Below, in pieces: positions 62,891 through 64,000 of a stretch of DNA of 64,000 nt. The stretch's first letter is position 1. Every line of letters starts with the position of its first letter. The stretch comes from Oculina patagonica (taxonomy: Eukaryota): the NCBI RefSeq assembly GCF_052425735.1, contig NC_135760.1, positions 8,866,001 through 8,930,000 of the forward strand, read 5' to 3'. A program made the translations under genes and the position numbers. The notes beneath the pieces were generated by a model. That model ran no database searches and was not told the origin of the DNA. It was given only the letters and a program-made list of their open reading frames with translations.

Positions 62891-63307
62891 TACCGTATTT
62901 ATTCGATTAGGCGCCCTGGGCGCTTATTTAATTTTTGGTCTTTGAGAGTGGGCGCTTATTCGAGTTGGGCGCTTATTCGAGGCCGTGCGCTAATTAAGTT
63001 TTCACGATTTTCAGCAAATATTAAGTTTCTTTTTGTAACAAAACAATAAATAATAACAGAACGTGAAGATGTACCAAAGCAGAATTTTATCTATTCACTG
63101 GAAGTTTCTGTAAAATACTAAGAAAACTCGGTCATGGAGGAAGTCTTCTTAGTAGTAATTAGTCAATTTTAAAAAATCAATACTCCTCTTCAATATTTTT
63201 GTGGGGTAGGGGTGGGCGCTTATTCGAGGCTGGGCGCTTATTAACTTTTCTTACCTTCAGGGTGGGCGCTTATTCGAGGTTGGGCGCTTAATCGAATAAA
63301 TACGGTA
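62891..63307 (-). mobile_element. pogo/Tc2-like MITE, inverted copy of 30867-31315
   Basis: Same termini (taccgtatttattcgatta ... taatcgaataaatacggta); the internal sequence is the reverse complement (gaagatgtaccaaagcagaatttt versus aaaattctgctttggtacatcttc). Confidence 0.85.
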
Positions 63308-64000
63308 ATTGGATGAAGTAACATTAGAATAGGAAGGCTGAATTAAATTTGGGCAATTTTCAACAACTACAGAGTTTAGACAATTTTCAATTTTCGATAA
63401 TTTCTAATAGCTGAAAATGACTTCTTATTAATCGTGAAGTCGCTCTTGAAACGTACACGTCTGAAGTACAAAACTGCTTAACAAACTGAATTCATTGTTT
63501 TTTAGCATTCTGTTGTCTTATTGTTAGTAAATTTTGTCTTAAAATCTTCAAAACAGTAGACAACATTTGCAATGTTTTACGGCGAGTTATAGTTGATAAA
63601 AGACGTAATAAGTTTAGAAGAGTCAGAATATTGTTTTACAAAAAATCAAGGTGACTGGTTAAGCCAAGAAGGCTTTGTTAGAAAACGTGCGAATATGTTT
63701 GGGTTTTTTTAGAACTTTTGCGACAATTAATTTTATTGATGATAAAATTAGCTAATGAGTGCTTGTTAGCACTTATTGGAAAAATGTTAATCATCTTCGG
63801 GAAAATCCAATAATCTTACTAAAAAGGTGCGTGTCGGGAGACTTTCAACTCAAGAAATTAAAACTACGTGTAATATAAACGTAAGGCATATTCGTTAGGG
63901 TATTTTTCGTCGATATGCTGCCTTTAAATGCACTCTTGATGTCTCTTGTGTTTCTTATCATTTCTCGCATGGTTGTGAGTCGGGAACGCACTTGTGCAAA

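Noticed and set aside
30867-63307. Inverted MITE pair bracketing the three-gene cluster, as if a composite transposon
   Set aside because: Each copy is a complete, diverged element with its own TA sites. Independent insertion of a common family is the simpler explanation.

Overview
AT-rich, intron-containing eukaryotic DNA, most likely from a scleractinian coral. This is inferred from a close damicornin-type precursor and coral-type SINE/MITE families. The supplied ORF track is almost all spurious because the real genes are split into small exons. Splicing by hand at GT-AG sites gives two adjacent + strand clusters of secreted-protein genes. (1) 4.3-29.5 kb: four intact damicornin/ShKT-fold six-cysteine cationic peptide precursors (signal peptide, acidic pro-piece, mature peptide) with phase-1 introns between the modules, plus an orphan duplicated promoter and first exon at about 10.2 kb. 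(2) 31.7-58.6 kb: three tandem paralogues (A, B, C; 164, 144 and 148 aa; 7-8 coding exons) of a secreted, amphipathic-helical, disulfide-containing protein that I cannot assign to a known family. These show a conserved signal exon with fast-changing mature exons, a one-heptad indel and an intron gain/loss. The rest is MITEs and foldback elements, tRNA-derived SINEs, a GAG...CTC element family with 6-bp target duplications, a Penelope-like GIY-YIG fragment, microsatellites, two N-gaps and two stretches of apparently unpolished sequence. All gene models are manual and have no transcript support. The damicornin comparison uses the sequence as I recall it and needs a BLAST check.
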